This document shows positions 1 to 12,209 of a stretch of DNA of 64,000 nucleotides, piece by piece. Origin of the DNA: Escherichia phage JEP6. The notes below the pieces were generated by a model that was not told the DNA's origin, did not search any database, and worked only from the letters and a program-made list of their open reading frames with translations. The first letter of the stretch is position 1, and every line of letters starts with the position of its first letter. The stretch lies in sequence record MT764206.1. One strand, written 5' to 3'. The position numbers were made by a program, and so were the translations under genes.

Positions 1-249
1 AATTACACACAGAGCATCTTTATATGGAGACAAGTAACGAATAAAATCTGAACGATTGTATTTTTCAATTAACTTGACACCAAGTTCTTCATCACAATTA
101 AAGAGTTTACCTGGAGAAATAAATTTCTCATCTTGGATCATTTTTAAAATATGTTCTAATGGAAGATTATATTTCTGAGCAAAATAAGGAAGACCTGATT
201 GCCAGCTTAAACATACTCCATCAATATCAGTTAAAATAGTAGGCTTCAT
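1..249 (-). CDS. HAD-like hydrolase family protein (T4 30.2-like); 3' end lies outside window
   Basis: Open frame from ATG 247-249 to window edge; N-terminal LTDIDGV motif typical of HAD phosphatases; start overlaps stop of next ORF. Confidence 0.5.
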   Translation of the reverse strand, partial: MKPTILTDIDGVCLSWQSGLPYFAQKYNLPLEHILKMIQDEKFISPGKLFNCDEELGVKLIEKYNRSDFIRYLSPYKDALCVI

Positions 250-710
250 AGAGAGTCTCTTAATAGGTTTAACACATCAATAAATTCAGCTTCGGTTAGT
301 ATTGTATCATCTTTTGTTAGACCACTAGCCATGCTGTGCTTCAAAACTTTTCCTTTCGAGGCTTGTAATGCATCACGAAAGCCCTTGTTTTGAATCGCTG
401 CTTCAAAATATGCATTTGTGTATAATTCTTTCCACGCCGGGGAGTATCTTGAAAACGGAACTCCAAGCCAGAAGAGGGTCCCACGGTCCTGAGCTCTAGC
501 ATAAGACCTTCCAGCTTGTTGAGCGGCAAGCCCGGATAACCCAAATATACGACGTTGTTGTTCAACATTTTTCACCTTGCACCCTTGGAGGAATCCTTCA
601 AGACCTCCAAATTGAATACCATCCATAACGAAAGGCCATTGGGCGAAATTACTTAATGCACATGATGGCCACCTAAAATTGCTTCTAATCTCTAACTCAG
701 ACATTTTCAA
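246..710 (-). CDS. conserved hypothetical protein (T4 30.3-like)
   Basis: 154-aa ORF in track; tight coupling to flanking genes. Confidence 0.55.
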   Translation of the reverse strand: MKMSELEIRSNFRWPSCALSNFAQWPFVMDGIQFGGLEGFLQGCKVKNVEQQRRIFGLSGLAAQQAGRSYARAQDRGTLFWLGVPFSRYSPAWKELYTNAYFEAAIQNKGFRDALQASKGKVLKHSMASGLTKDDTILTEAEFIDVLNLLRDSL

Positions 711-903
711 TGCTTATAATTTCAACATCAGCCCAATGACCATAGCAAGGAAGACGAAATTCAACTGGCCAGTTAGGGTCCTTTTCTAATATAATAGACT
801 TAACTTGCGGTTCTTCATGTTCATCAGTATATGGATTTTTATCCGTTACTTTATATGTGACCTTAATGTACTGAATTCCAAAAATCTTATTAATTATATT
901 CAT
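697..903 (-). CDS. hypothetical protein
   Basis: 68-aa ORF; short overlaps with neighbours typical of T4 early operons. Confidence 0.45.
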   Translation of the reverse strand: MNIINKIFGIQYIKVTYKVTDKNPYTDEHEEPQVKSIILEKDPNWPVEFRLPCYGHWADVEIISIENV

Positions 904-1097
904 ACTAATTCCTTTAATCCGTAAATAGGAGATAATTCATCACCCATACGAAGGTCTTCATTTCCATCTACCCAGGAAACAATATAAGCCTCTTTTATTT
1001 GAATACCACTCCATTTAAATGGAGGTAGAACCTTAGAAATTAATCCAGGTATACCAACTCCCTTTAATTCAACAGTTTGACCTAAAAAGAATTTCAT
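900..1097 (-). CDS. hypothetical protein
   Basis: 65-aa ORF, 4-nt overlap with upstream gene. Confidence 0.45.
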   Translation of the reverse strand: MKFFLGQTVELKGVGIPGLISKVLPPFKWSGIQIKEAYIVSWVDGNEDLRMGDELSPIYGLKELV

Positions 1098-1384
1098 TAG
1101 AACCTCATCTGAAAGCCATGTGATTTAACATTACCGCCGCCAATATCAGAAATGTTAATTTCACGCGCAATTGAAGGGTCAATGTCAATTTCACGATTGA
1201 GTTTAGCGATAGCTAAAGTATCGCGCCCATTTACAGTACGGAACTCTAAAGGACAGACTACATTAACATAGTTTTTAATCGATTCACTGGTAGGTTGCAA
1301 ATGAGCAGGAAGGTCTTTAGGCGCCTTTGAGAAAACCACTTCACAGAAATTTTTGCGGGTGTCAAAATAAGTAGTCATAAACAT
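1097..1384 (-). CDS. hypothetical protein
   Basis: ORF track 1097..1435; start placed at internal ATG preceded by GAGGA; upstream part of ORF is an intercistronic hairpin GGGGGCCGAAGCCCC. Confidence 0.45.
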   Translation of the reverse strand: MFMTTYFDTRKNFCEVVFSKAPKDLPAHLQPTSESIKNYVNVVCPLEFRTVNGRDTLAIAKLNREIDIDPSIAREINISDIGGGNVKSHGFQMRF

Positions 1385-1424
1385 AGTATTTTCCTCAATA
1401 GGGGGCCGAAGCCCCTGTTTTATT

Positions 1425-1790
1425 TTAAATATCAAATTCGTTAAGAACTACATCAAAGATTGCTTCAAGATGCTCAGGTTTAGCTCTGTTACTCAAAATA
1501 TGACGAATCCAAGTTTTAACCAGAAGCTTACGATTGACGCCATTCCAGCAAGGATGAGTACCTAAATCACGTTGACGGAAATCATCATCTAATGCGATTT
1601 TAAAAGAAGAACCTTCTTTCGTGATTGAAACCGTGATGCCATTTTCAAATCGCATATAAACGTAATTAGGAGTCATATACTGTTCAATTTCGCATACTGA
1701 TCCATTTTGATGTTTCCAAAGGCAGATAGTATCAATAGAACCTGCAATACCGTTAGAAACATATTTACGTTCAAAGTTGATGTAGTTCAT
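1425..1790 (-). CDS. hypothetical protein
   Basis: 121-aa ORF. Confidence 0.5.
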   Translation of the reverse strand: MNYINFERKYVSNGIAGSIDTICLWKHQNGSVCEIEQYMTPNYVYMRFENGITVSITKEGSSFKIALDDDFRQRDLGTHPCWNGVNRKLLVKTWIRHILSNRAKPEHLEAIFDVVLNEFDI

Positions 1791-1858
1791 TTTTATTCTC
1801 CGAGATGTTTAATTGCGGTACAGGTATATAATATCATATCCTGTACCAAAGTAAACAA

Positions 1859-2113
1859 TTATTTTACTACTTTCCAGTGCTGCATGTCAAGTTTACCAAC
1901 TTTTTTCATCTTCTCAATTAAGCGTTCGGCACGTTGGCGCGCTGTAACATAATACCATTCACCTAATTCATTTTGTTCAATTTTTCCAACAATTACTGTA
2001 TTCAATTCATAAATCCAACCAGTAAAGAAATTATGAACTTGAATTGTAAAGGTGAAATCTGTTCCCATACCTTCTGTTGTTTCTACTTCAATAATATCAC
2101 CTTCAACTGCCAT
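1859..2113 (-). CDS. hypothetical protein
   Basis: ORF track 1859..2125; probable start at ATG 2111-2113 coupled by TAATG to a 28-aa upstream ORF (2113..2199) that has an AAAGGAG Shine-Dalgarno. Confidence 0.4.
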   Translation of the reverse strand: MAVEGDIIEVETTEGMGTDFTFTIQVHNFFTGWIYELNTVIVGKIEQNELGEWYYVTARQRAERLIEKMKKVGKLDMQHWKVVK

Positions 2114-2221
2114 TAAGAACCACATAGTTTCATCATATTTACCATTTTACCATTGAAGCATTTAGTTTTAACTGTAGCGTTCAAATTAATCGTTTTCATT
2201 TTATTCTCCTTTGTTTGTGTA

Positions 2222-2258
2222 AGATAATACTATCACAAAGGAACCGTACTGTAAACAA
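2222..2258 (-). promoter_or_regulatory. early promoter (GTTTAC -35, TATTAT-like -10)
   Basis: Conserved T4-early-type motif following terminator. Confidence 0.55.
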
Positions 2259-2280
2259 CTTTGTGCAATCTTTGGAAAAT

Positions 2281-2304
2281 AAAAAAGGACTCCCGAAGGA
2301 GTCC
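2281..2304 (-). terminator. rho-independent terminator
   Basis: Hairpin GGACTCC-TTCG-GGAGTCC followed by T6 on minus strand. Confidence 0.7.
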
Positions 2305-2309
2305 TCAAC

Positions 2310-2486
2310 TTATGCTTTCTGCTTACCAAAACGAGAAGCATCATCTCGAAGAACCGCACGTGCTCGGCGCATGATCTTCTCAACAGTTTGATTGATACGA
2401 GAGTTCGACCCACGCTTGTAACCAGCGCGTTTAGAATCACCAACTTTCTTTTCAACTGCTTTCTTTGCTTTAGCTTGTTTTGCCAT
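2310..2486 (-). CDS. small Lys/Arg-rich basic protein (30.9-like)
   Basis: 58 aa from MAKQAKAKK; followed immediately by hairpin terminator. Confidence 0.5.
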   Translation of the reverse strand: MAKQAKAKKAVEKKVGDSKRAGYKRGSNSRINQTVEKIMRRARAVLRDDASRFGKQKA

Positions 2487-2731
2487 TATAAATTCTCTTT
2501 TAAATGAAAATGCAGGACTTATTGGCATTGCCTGCGCAAGCCCTCAAGGGGAACATAGGTTTTTGGATATTTAACGACCAGGATAACCATAAACCCGTCA
2601 TCATTCACATTCAAGAGGTACACCGTAAAACTGCCGGGGTCTTAAAACTATAATGATTCGCAAATCATTAATCAGACAGTTCGACGGCTCCTCGATTTTA
2701 GCTCACACTAAGGCAGTGAATCTCCAGTAAA

Positions 2732-2980
2732 TTACTTCAGTGTTACCACAAAGTGACGAACTGCTTTTCGTGCAGCAGAAGCCAGAGGCTTAGCATATTT
2801 AAGTTCATCTTTTTCCTGAAGCTCAGCAGCTAATGCAGTTTGAGCAGGATTCAGATGTTTGAAATAACGCAGGATTTCAAGAGCTTCGGCTTCAACATCA
2901 ATAGATGCGCCATAGTTTTCGTGACCATTATTCCATGCGTTTCGTTGCAGTTCAAGAGCGTGTTGTAGTTGTTTAATCAT
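2732..2980 (-). CDS. rIII: rIII lysis-inhibition accessory protein
   Basis: 82 aa; length, sequence and position before gene 31 match T4 rIII as recalled. Confidence 0.8.
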   Translation of the reverse strand: MIKQLQHALELQRNAWNNGHENYGASIDVEAEALEILRYFKHLNPAQTALAAELQEKDELKYAKPLASAARKAVRHFVVTLK

Positions 2981-3119
2981 TTAAAAATTCTCGTTAGAGA
3001 TTAAAACTCGGTAGTCACGTTCTTCTGAATTTCATCTTCTTTCGACAGATCTCTCAGTTGTAGACTACCACGTAGAATTGTTCGGTTAACTTATTATTCC
3101 GACACCCAATTCATATTAT

Positions 3120-3127
3120 TATTTATA
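3120..3127 (-). promoter_or_regulatory. late promoter TATAAATA upstream of rIII
   Basis: Exact motif on minus strand in 31-rIII intergenic region. Confidence 0.5.
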
Positions 3128-3463
3128 TCACTTATAAAGACACGGAATAGCTTTATAGTGACAAGTGACGAATTTTTGTTTAATTTCTTTTGGCTGCTTA
3201 AGACCCAGAGCTACAAAAGGATGCGGAACGTTTCGAATTTGACCAACTGGCAGAGAAGTCAAATCACCAACTTCGCAGAAACCTTCAGGAACATCAGGAC
3301 CAACAGAGTGAATTACACACAGTTCAGGAACTTCACCTTGAACACGTTTACCGATAATAAGTCCTGATTCTGTAACTTCTTCATCACCGGCTTGTGCAGG
3401 TTCAGAAACTAAAATAACATATTCACCTACAGCACGAATTGGTAGCTGTTGTACTTCAGACAT
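3128..3463 (-). CDS. 31: gp31 co-chaperonin (GroES analogue)
   Basis: 111 aa; recognised gp31 sequence and length. Confidence 0.85.
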   Translation of the reverse strand: MSEVQQLPIRAVGEYVILVSEPAQAGDEEVTESGLIIGKRVQGEVPELCVIHSVGPDVPEGFCEVGDLTSLPVGQIRNVPHPFVALGLKQPKEIKQKFVTCHYKAIPCLYK

Positions 3464-3519
3464 CGTTTTTCCTTTTTGTTAACAGATGAGTTAATAATAA
3501 CAAATAATTCTTAAAGCAT

Positions 3520-3828
3520 TTATTTACCAATAAATTGAAGCAAATGCTCAACTTTCATACCATTAACGGAAATCAATTTATCAATAGAAAAACCTCGCCA
3601 TGCACCGAGTTCAACATCAAATACCGGAATCATATCAGTAGATTCTTTCCGAGCACATTCAGTCAATTTACCAGTTTGCATGGTTGGCATAAAGTCCGCA
3701 TCACGAGTGCCTTTCATAGTACGAATAGTACCATCAGACTTTTCAAAAACTACGTTTGAAACCCCCATGGACAATTTAGTTTTCAAAATTTCACGAATTG
3801 CTACTTTTTGTTCAGTTGTCAGTTTCAT
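3520..3828 (-). CDS. hypothetical protein (31.1-like)
   Basis: 102-aa ORF. Confidence 0.5.
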   Translation of the reverse strand: MKLTTEQKVAIREILKTKLSMGVSNVVFEKSDGTIRTMKGTRDADFMPTMQTGKLTECARKESTDMIPVFDVELGAWRGFSIDKLISVNGMKVEHLLQFIGK

Positions 3829-4065
3829 TTATTTACCTATTACAGTTTTAATATGAGTTGTTCCACGTTCTTTAAGAGTGGAAAGCAATTTTTGGCATTT
3901 TTCTAAATCAGATTTCCAACTATACGGCCTATCAATGCAAACCCATTCTGACTTATAATACTGTTTCCATTTAGAGAAAAAATATTTCTTATACTCTACA
4001 GCAAATGAAATGTTCTCGTTAGAATAAGAACTAATTGCTGTGAGCTGTACCAAACGAAATTTCAT
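3829..4065 (-). CDS. hypothetical protein
   Basis: 78-aa ORF, 1-nt coupling to cd. Confidence 0.45.
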   Translation of the reverse strand: MKFRLVQLTAISSYSNENISFAVEYKKYFFSKWKQYYKSEWVCIDRPYSWKSDLEKCQKLLSTLKERGTTHIKTVIGK

Positions 4066-4646
4066 TATTCACCACAGAATTCGTTGATATTTTCCCAGTT
4101 TAACTTATTCAAGTTTTTCTTAGGAACATTAAACACTTCAATACCCGCATTTCGCAGAATATCATCCCAGCCAGGTTTATTTTTATCGTATGTTTCGCAA
4201 TAAACCAGCTTTTTAATTCCAGATTGAGCTATTGCTTTTGCACAATCTGGGCAAGGAGAAAGTGTTACATACATAGTAGCACCTTCAATTGAAGAACCGT
4301 TTCGTGCAGCAAACAAAATCGCATTTAGTTCAGCATGAATTTCATTTTTAGACGACCATTCAGAGTGAGCACTACGATGTTCTTTCGCCAAGACAAAACG
4401 ATCAGTTGAACCAAATGATACGCATTCAGGCTTATGACCTTGAATGATAGTATGTTTAGGCTTATTCAACAACCAACCTTGCTCAGCAGCATAATCACAG
4501 CAGTTCACTCCCCCTGCGGGTGAACCATTATACCCAGTAGAAATAATACGTCCATTCTTTTCAATTACTGCTCCTACCTTCCAGGAGCAACATTTTGATT
4601 CCTGCGATACTAAATATGCAATTTGAAGTACTGTACTCGCTTTCAT
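4065..4646 (-). CDS. cd: dCMP deaminase
   Basis: 193 aa; HAE...PCPDC zinc-binding deaminase motifs. Confidence 0.9.
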   Translation of the reverse strand: MKASTVLQIAYLVSQESKCCSWKVGAVIEKNGRIISTGYNGSPAGGVNCCDYAAEQGWLLNKPKHTIIQGHKPECVSFGSTDRFVLAKEHRSAHSEWSSKNEIHAELNAILFAARNGSSIEGATMYVTLSPCPDCAKAIAQSGIKKLVYCETYDKNKPGWDDILRNAGIEVFNVPKKNLNKLNWENINEFCGE

Positions 4647-4981
4647 TTCATAATCACCAGATAAGCAGATTTAGCAGTTTCAACACGATAAATTTCGTGA
4701 CGAAGTTTAGTTATACTTTTAATAACAGAACTAATTATATTCTGCCCGTCTTTAAAGCGGTTTTTCTTATCAATAAAAACTGCGCCAGTCATCTTTTTGT
4801 GAAGCTCAACTGGATACTTCGTCACAATAATAGCATCATACACAGAAGGATGAATACTATTCACCAGAGTATCATTCATTAAAGTTATTCTAATGAACTT
4901 TGCTGTTTCAGAATCAAGCGCTCTATGATCACCAGTATCATTTTCAAGACAATTATCAATTATATCAGTTAAATTCATCAT
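4643..4981 (-). CDS. hypothetical protein
   Basis: 112-aa ORF. Confidence 0.5.
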   Translation of the reverse strand: MMNLTDIIDNCLENDTGDHRALDSETAKFIRITLMNDTLVNSIHPSVYDAIIVTKYPVELHKKMTGAVFIDKKNRFKDGQNIISSVIKSITKLRHEIYRVETAKSAYLVIMK

Positions 4982-5214
4982 AGTACGCCATACACCCTTT
5001 GTGCTTCAACTAATCCATCAAAATCCAGTTTAAGATGCGATATTTGATCGCCATCACCTGGATTCACAATTACTAATACTGAACGAGGAGTTTCGGTAAT
5101 AACACGAACCGATGTTTCAGGAAATCGTTCAGAAACCTTATTTACTAATTCCTGTGCAAATAGTTTAACTTTTTCTTGGAATTCTTTAACAGTAATTGGT
5201 TTTTCACTTAGCAT
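4978..5214 (-). CDS. hypothetical protein
   Basis: 78-aa ORF. Confidence 0.5.
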   Translation of the reverse strand: MLSEKPITVKEFQEKVKLFAQELVNKVSERFPETSVRVITETPRSVLVIVNPGDGDQISHLKLDFDGLVEAQRVYGVL

Positions 5215-5735
5215 GTTGATCCCAGCTCCTTACTTTCAACGTTTTTAACTAATTTGACAGAAACTAATTCAGCATCTTGAGTAATCATTACCGGACCTTC
5301 TTCATACTCTTCAAGATATTCTAGAGCTTTCTTTTTAGCTTCTTCCTTCGTATCAGTTTGAGCATAGATATAAAACATACAACCAGTAATACCTACTACT
5401 TTCCACTTAATTTCTTTATCAGCTTTAATTTCAAATTTACTGACAGAATCATCTTTTTGAACTTCTTCGAAAAAAGAATATTCTAACATATAAGCAATTG
5501 AAAATAACGGGCTATCTTTATAGGATTCGCCCATTACATCAATAGCTTTATACCAGCAGTCATCAATTTTGCGTTTAATGCTAATAACATTCTTTGCAGG
5601 GTCAATTTTTACTTTAAATGAATTTTCCCCAATAAACTGGGAAATTCGTTTATTAGCCCCGCAAGTTTCATTAAAAATATCTTTATATCCAGTTTTAAAG
5701 CGATAAACCTTATCTTCTTCAAACCATTCGCTCAT
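5208..5735 (-). CDS. hypothetical protein
   Basis: 175-aa ORF with early promoter upstream. Confidence 0.5.
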   Translation of the reverse strand: MSEWFEEDKVYRFKTGYKDIFNETCGANKRISQFIGENSFKVKIDPAKNVISIKRKIDDCWYKAIDVMGESYKDSPLFSIAYMLEYSFFEEVQKDDSVSKFEIKADKEIKWKVVGITGCMFYIYAQTDTKEEAKKKALEYLEEYEEGPVMITQDAELVSVKLVKNVESKELGSTC

Positions 5736-5762
5736 TTCAATTTCCTCATTTGTTTTGGTAGA

Positions 5763-5797
5763 GCTATAATATCACAACTCTACCGTAAAGTAAACTA
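5763..5797 (-). promoter_or_regulatory. early promoter
   Basis: GTTTAC -35 and TATAAT-like -10. Confidence 0.5.
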
Positions 5798-6103
5798 TTA
5801 AATCGCTTTGAATTCCGCAGTTTGAGATTCAAAGCGAATATCGCCTTTGATGACTAGCTCAGCATCAAGACCGAATACAACAATGATATGCGCGGAACCT
5901 GGATACAACGTGATGGCAACAGAATCCACCTGGTCTGGAAGCAAAGTATTCAATACATGAGTCACTTGAGCGTGGATTCGAAGCTCAGCTGCGTTATCAA
6001 GTTTTTCAAACATATTATTAGCGATAATTTGACTAAACACTACTTCTACGATTTTAGAGTAAGTCGGAAACATATTTACCTCACATAATTTTCTTCGAGC
6101 CAA
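5798..6103 (-). CDS. hypothetical protein
   Basis: 101-aa ORF. Confidence 0.5.
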   Translation of the reverse strand: MARRKLCEVNMFPTYSKIVEVVFSQIIANNMFEKLDNAAELRIHAQVTHVLNTLLPDQVDSVAITLYPGSAHIIVVFGLDAELVIKGDIRFESQTAEFKAI

Positions 6104-6137
6104 TTAATAATAGTCCAAGTTTCATGGTGCCAAGCCA

Positions 6138-7345
<1,208 letters not shown>

Positions 7346-7573
7346 TTATTTTTTCTCAACCAATGATTGAATATAATCATGTAGGTCTTTAGATGCTTTA
7401 CCCCACTTATTTTGATATTCATTTTTGAGATTAGCACGTGATTGAGCTAATAAAACATCATTAGTTGGAGGTAAAGATTCTAATCGCTGAATCTGGCGTC
7501 CATAAATCATTGCAGCCATCTCGGATTCATAAATCAATCCTTTGAGATGTTCAAATTGATGCCATGAAATCAT
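7346..7573 (-). CDS. hypothetical protein
   Basis: 75-aa ORF. Confidence 0.5.
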   Translation of the reverse strand: MISWHQFEHLKGLIYESEMAAMIYGRQIQRLESLPPTNDVLLAQSRANLKNEYQNKWGKASKDLHDYIQSLVEKK

Positions 7574-7869
7574 TTACATTTATCCTCTTTTAACTCTTGA
7601 CGATAATAACATATCATAGTTTTCTGGTCATGTACATATCGTTTTACATCATTAAGCCAAATACGAAATTCCTGAGAATCTTCAAATGGCATACCGACCC
7701 AAGCTTTACCATCGATAACTTTAACTTGCCAAGATAGTTTAGCTTCATCATATGACTTTATTTGTACAGGCCAATTAGGATGAACTGTTTCTTTCTTTAC
7801 TTCTAGAGGCTTTGTCGAACAACCAACTAGAAGACCAATAGATAATATTACTGCTGATAGTTTAATCAT
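7570..7869 (-). CDS. putative lipoprotein
   Basis: N-terminal signal peptide ending in lipobox-like LLVGC. Confidence 0.5.
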   Translation of the reverse strand: MIKLSAVILSIGLLVGCSTKPLEVKKETVHPNWPVQIKSYDEAKLSWQVKVIDGKAWVGMPFEDSQEFRIWLNDVKRYVHDQKTMICYYRQELKEDKCK

Positions 7870-8219
7870 TTAGAAAGGTCCTGGATGTCTTCTGCGAACT
7901 TGTTGAAGGAGTTGTTGATTTGTTTTTCAACCAATCCTGGCTTATGAGCCACCACATCCGCCTTCTTTGCGTCTTTGCGCAGTTTTTCATTTTCACGCTC
8001 AATAGCAGCAATTGCCTCACGATTTTTATTATTCATCGCATCAATATAATTATACTGAATTCGCAAATTATTTAATGCTAAGGCGTTTTCATTGGACGTT
8101 TTTGTAATTTCTACAACAGACGTTTCTAATCTTTCTACCTTATTTTTTAAAATAATAGATGTTCCGCCAAATGCTATTACAAGTAATAGCAATCCAGCTG
8201 TAAAATTACTTACATGCAT
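7866..8219 (-). CDS. membrane-anchored coiled-coil protein
   Basis: N-terminal hydrophobic helix followed by charged heptad-like region. Confidence 0.5.
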   Translation of the reverse strand: MHVSNFTAGLLLLVIAFGGTSIILKNKVERLETSVVEITKTSNENALALNNLRIQYNYIDAMNNKNREAIAAIERENEKLRKDAKKADVVAHKPGLVEKQINNSFNKFAEDIQDLSK

Positions 8220-8713
8220 AAAGTTTTAATAACCTCTACAATATCGTCTTGAGAAAGACCGTTAATTAAAATATGATGTTCAGCCGGAGATTTAGAAATT
8301 TTAAAGCATGCCTCAACATCTTCTGCCATATCCGATGCACTACGATTTGGATTACTAACCCCAAGGCGGTGTTTTCCAGTCAAAGGATTAACGATGATGT
8401 AGCATTTGCAATTATTGATATGAACATTAGGTTGAGTCTGATTAATGAACACTTCACAATCATATTTCGCAAGCTGATTTTCTAAAAAGACTTTCATCTC
8501 TTCAACCGCATCAGGAAGCATATCACGGGCTTGCTCAAGACGACGATTTCGATATTCTTTAATGGTCGTTTTCCGCTTGACTTGCTTTGCTAAATCTTTC
8601 TTAAGATCGGTGATATATCCAACTCGACGATTTCCTTTGAATACAGAAATCCCATCTGTAGTATCACCGTATGCTTCAACGACCATTTCAGTAGTAATAA
8701 GTTGTAAATCCAT
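8210..8713 (-). CDS. alc: Alc-like protein (host transcription shutoff on cytosine DNA)
   Basis: 167 aa from second Met; length and position between pseT cluster and rnlA match T4 alc. Confidence 0.6.
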   Translation of the reverse strand: MDLQLITTEMVVEAYGDTTDGISVFKGNRRVGYITDLKKDLAKQVKRKTTIKEYRNRRLEQARDMLPDAVEEMKVFLENQLAKYDCEVFINQTQPNVHINNCKCYIIVNPLTGKHRLGVSNPNRSASDMAEDVEACFKISKSPAEHHILINGLSQDDIVEVIKTLCM

Positions 8714-8741
8714 CATAAAGTCCTCATGTTATGTCAGTAAG

Positions 8742-8776
8742 TCTACTATAACACAACACGAGGGACTTGTAAACAG
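8742..8776 (-). promoter_or_regulatory. early promoter upstream of alc
   Basis: GTTTACA -35 and TATAGTAG -10 region. Confidence 0.5.
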
Positions 8777-8777
8777 C

Positions 8778-10365
<1,588 letters not shown>

Positions 10366-10392
10366 AATAAAATGGGCCTTGCGGCCCACTCC

Positions 10393-11571
10393 TTAAAAGT
10401 ATTTTTTAAAACTCATCATAACTTTATCATCAACATCATTATCAATCTGTGCAACAAGGTAAGATGACAGTTCTACTTCTTGCGGCGCGGATTGAACATT
10501 ATCAGAATTAAGGTATTCACGAATCCAAGGATATGGATGTTTAACCGGAGCATCGGTAATTGGGCATGGAAGACCACACTGTTTCATACGAGATACAGTT
10601 AAGTAATCAATAAAGCTCCACATGCTATTTGTATTTAATCCAGGAACATCACCATCTTTAAATAAATGAACCGCCCAGTCTTTTTCTTGGCGGTTAACTT
10701 CCATGAAAATATCAACTGCTTCTTGTTCACACTCTTGAGCAATTTTAACCCATTCATCACCATCAGTGCCAAGTTGAAGTTGACGAATAATATATTGGGT
10801 GCCTTTAAGGTGAAGTTGCTCATCACGAGCAATGAACTTCATAATCTTGGCATTACCTTCCATGATTTCCATGTTCTTATGGAAGTTAAAGGTACATGCG
10901 AAAGATACATAAAAACGAATAGCTTCCAATGCGTTGATTACGTGCAGGCAGAGGTAAAGAGATTTCATTAGTGCTCGTTTAGCTTCGGCTTCTTGTTTAA
11001 TAGCTCGATTTAAACGAAAAACAGCATCAGGAGATTCTTTAGCTAGTTCTGTAAATTCTTTAGCATTTTCCCATTCACGGGTTTTAGTCAGAACATCATC
11101 ATAATAGCGACCGATAGATTCAGCACGTTTCATAATATCTTCATCTAATACAATCTCATCAAATACCTTTGACGGATCAGTATAAAGATTTCGCATGATA
11201 TGGGTATATGAACGGCTGTGAATAGTTTCACTAAAAGTCCATGTAGCAACCCATGTATCAAGACTTGGGTCTGAAATTAATGACATAAGTACAGCAGATG
11301 GCGCACGACCCTGAATGCTATCTAGAAGTGATTGATACTTCAGATTATTAGTAAAAATATCTTGCTGATATTGAGGAAGCTTGTTAAATTGTGCAGCATC
11401 CATCATTAAGTTTACTTCTTCAGGACGCCAGAAAAATGATAAAGATTTCTCAATAAGTTCTTCAAATACTCTATGCCGTTGAATATCATATCGAGCTAAA
11501 CCCAATCCAGAACCAAAAAACATCGGCTCAGTCAAAATATTAACAGGGGATGTATTAAAAACTGTACTCAT
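10393..11571 (-). CDS. nrdB: ribonucleotide reductase small subunit (uninterrupted)
   Basis: 392-aa continuous ORF with recognisable NrdB sequence; no intron. Confidence 0.9.
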   Translation of the reverse strand: MSTVFNTSPVNILTEPMFFGSGLGLARYDIQRHRVFEELIEKSLSFFWRPEEVNLMMDAAQFNKLPQYQQDIFTNNLKYQSLLDSIQGRAPSAVLMSLISDPSLDTWVATWTFSETIHSRSYTHIMRNLYTDPSKVFDEIVLDEDIMKRAESIGRYYDDVLTKTREWENAKEFTELAKESPDAVFRLNRAIKQEAEAKRALMKSLYLCLHVINALEAIRFYVSFACTFNFHKNMEIMEGNAKIMKFIARDEQLHLKGTQYIIRQLQLGTDGDEWVKIAQECEQEAVDIFMEVNRQEKDWAVHLFKDGDVPGLNTNSMWSFIDYLTVSRMKQCGLPCPITDAPVKHPYPWIREYLNSDNVQSAPQEVELSSYLVAQIDNDVDDKVMMSFKKYF

Positions 11572-12209
11572 TTAGAATCCTTAAATTTACATTTATCATA
11601 ATGCCATCTTAGAGCATTGCCTTTATTAACTTTCTTGCCACAATGCGGACAAGGCGGATACTCTATACTTTGCTTAGTTCTCAAAGAAATCAAATCACGA
11701 GTTTCTTTAGTATGAGGAACATCTCTTGTCGGAGAGATTGTACCATACATTGGATTAAGCACGCCGACTTTAGCAGCAGCTATATTCTTTTTAGCTTCTT
11801 CGGTTTTAGGTTTTCTCATGCGAGCTAAATGCTCTTTGGTAAATTTCCTTCCTTTAAGAGCTCTACTTATCTTTTCCCTGGTTTCTATAGAAACTTCACG
11901 TCCTATAGCAGCTTCAGATAAACGTCGTCTACCTAATTCGTATAGTTGAGAAGAAATTTTATATGAGCGATTTTTACCAGTCAAGCACATTAAACCAAAA
12001 GCTTTCTTTAATCCTGGGGTGTCATATATTTTGCATAAAAGCCAATGAGCTATAAAATGCTCTCTACCTGTTAATTCAACTAAATTTTCTTTATCATCAG
12101 AACCTCCCATGCATCTAGGGATTATATGATGAGTCTCTTTATATCCTAATAAAGGTTCCCGAGCCTGAGCTCGGGAAATTAGGTCGTTATAGATTTTTTG
12201 ATAATTCAT
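11568..12209 (-). CDS. mobE: HNH homing endonuclease, Mob family
   Basis: HHIIPRCMGGSDDKENLV HNH motif; position between nrdA and nrdB. Confidence 0.75.
   Translation of the reverse strand: MNYQKIYNDLISRAQAREPLLGYKETHHIIPRCMGGSDDKENLVELTGREHFIAHWLLCKIYDTPGLKKAFGLMCLTGKNRSYKISSQLYELGRRRLSEAAIGREVSIETREKISRALKGRKFTKEHLARMRKPKTEEAKKNIAAAKVGVLNPMYGTISPTRDVPHTKETRDLISLRTKQSIEYPPCPHCGKKVNKGNALRWHYDKCKFKDSK

Noticed and set aside
2201-2455. 84-aa ORF overlapping the 30.9-like gene and terminator
   Set aside because: Spans a terminator hairpin and promoter; the alternative-frame basic protein (2310-2486) is the better-supported gene
3158-3367. 69-aa plus-strand ORF antisense to gene 31
   Set aside because: Lies entirely within the gp31 coding sequence on the opposite strand
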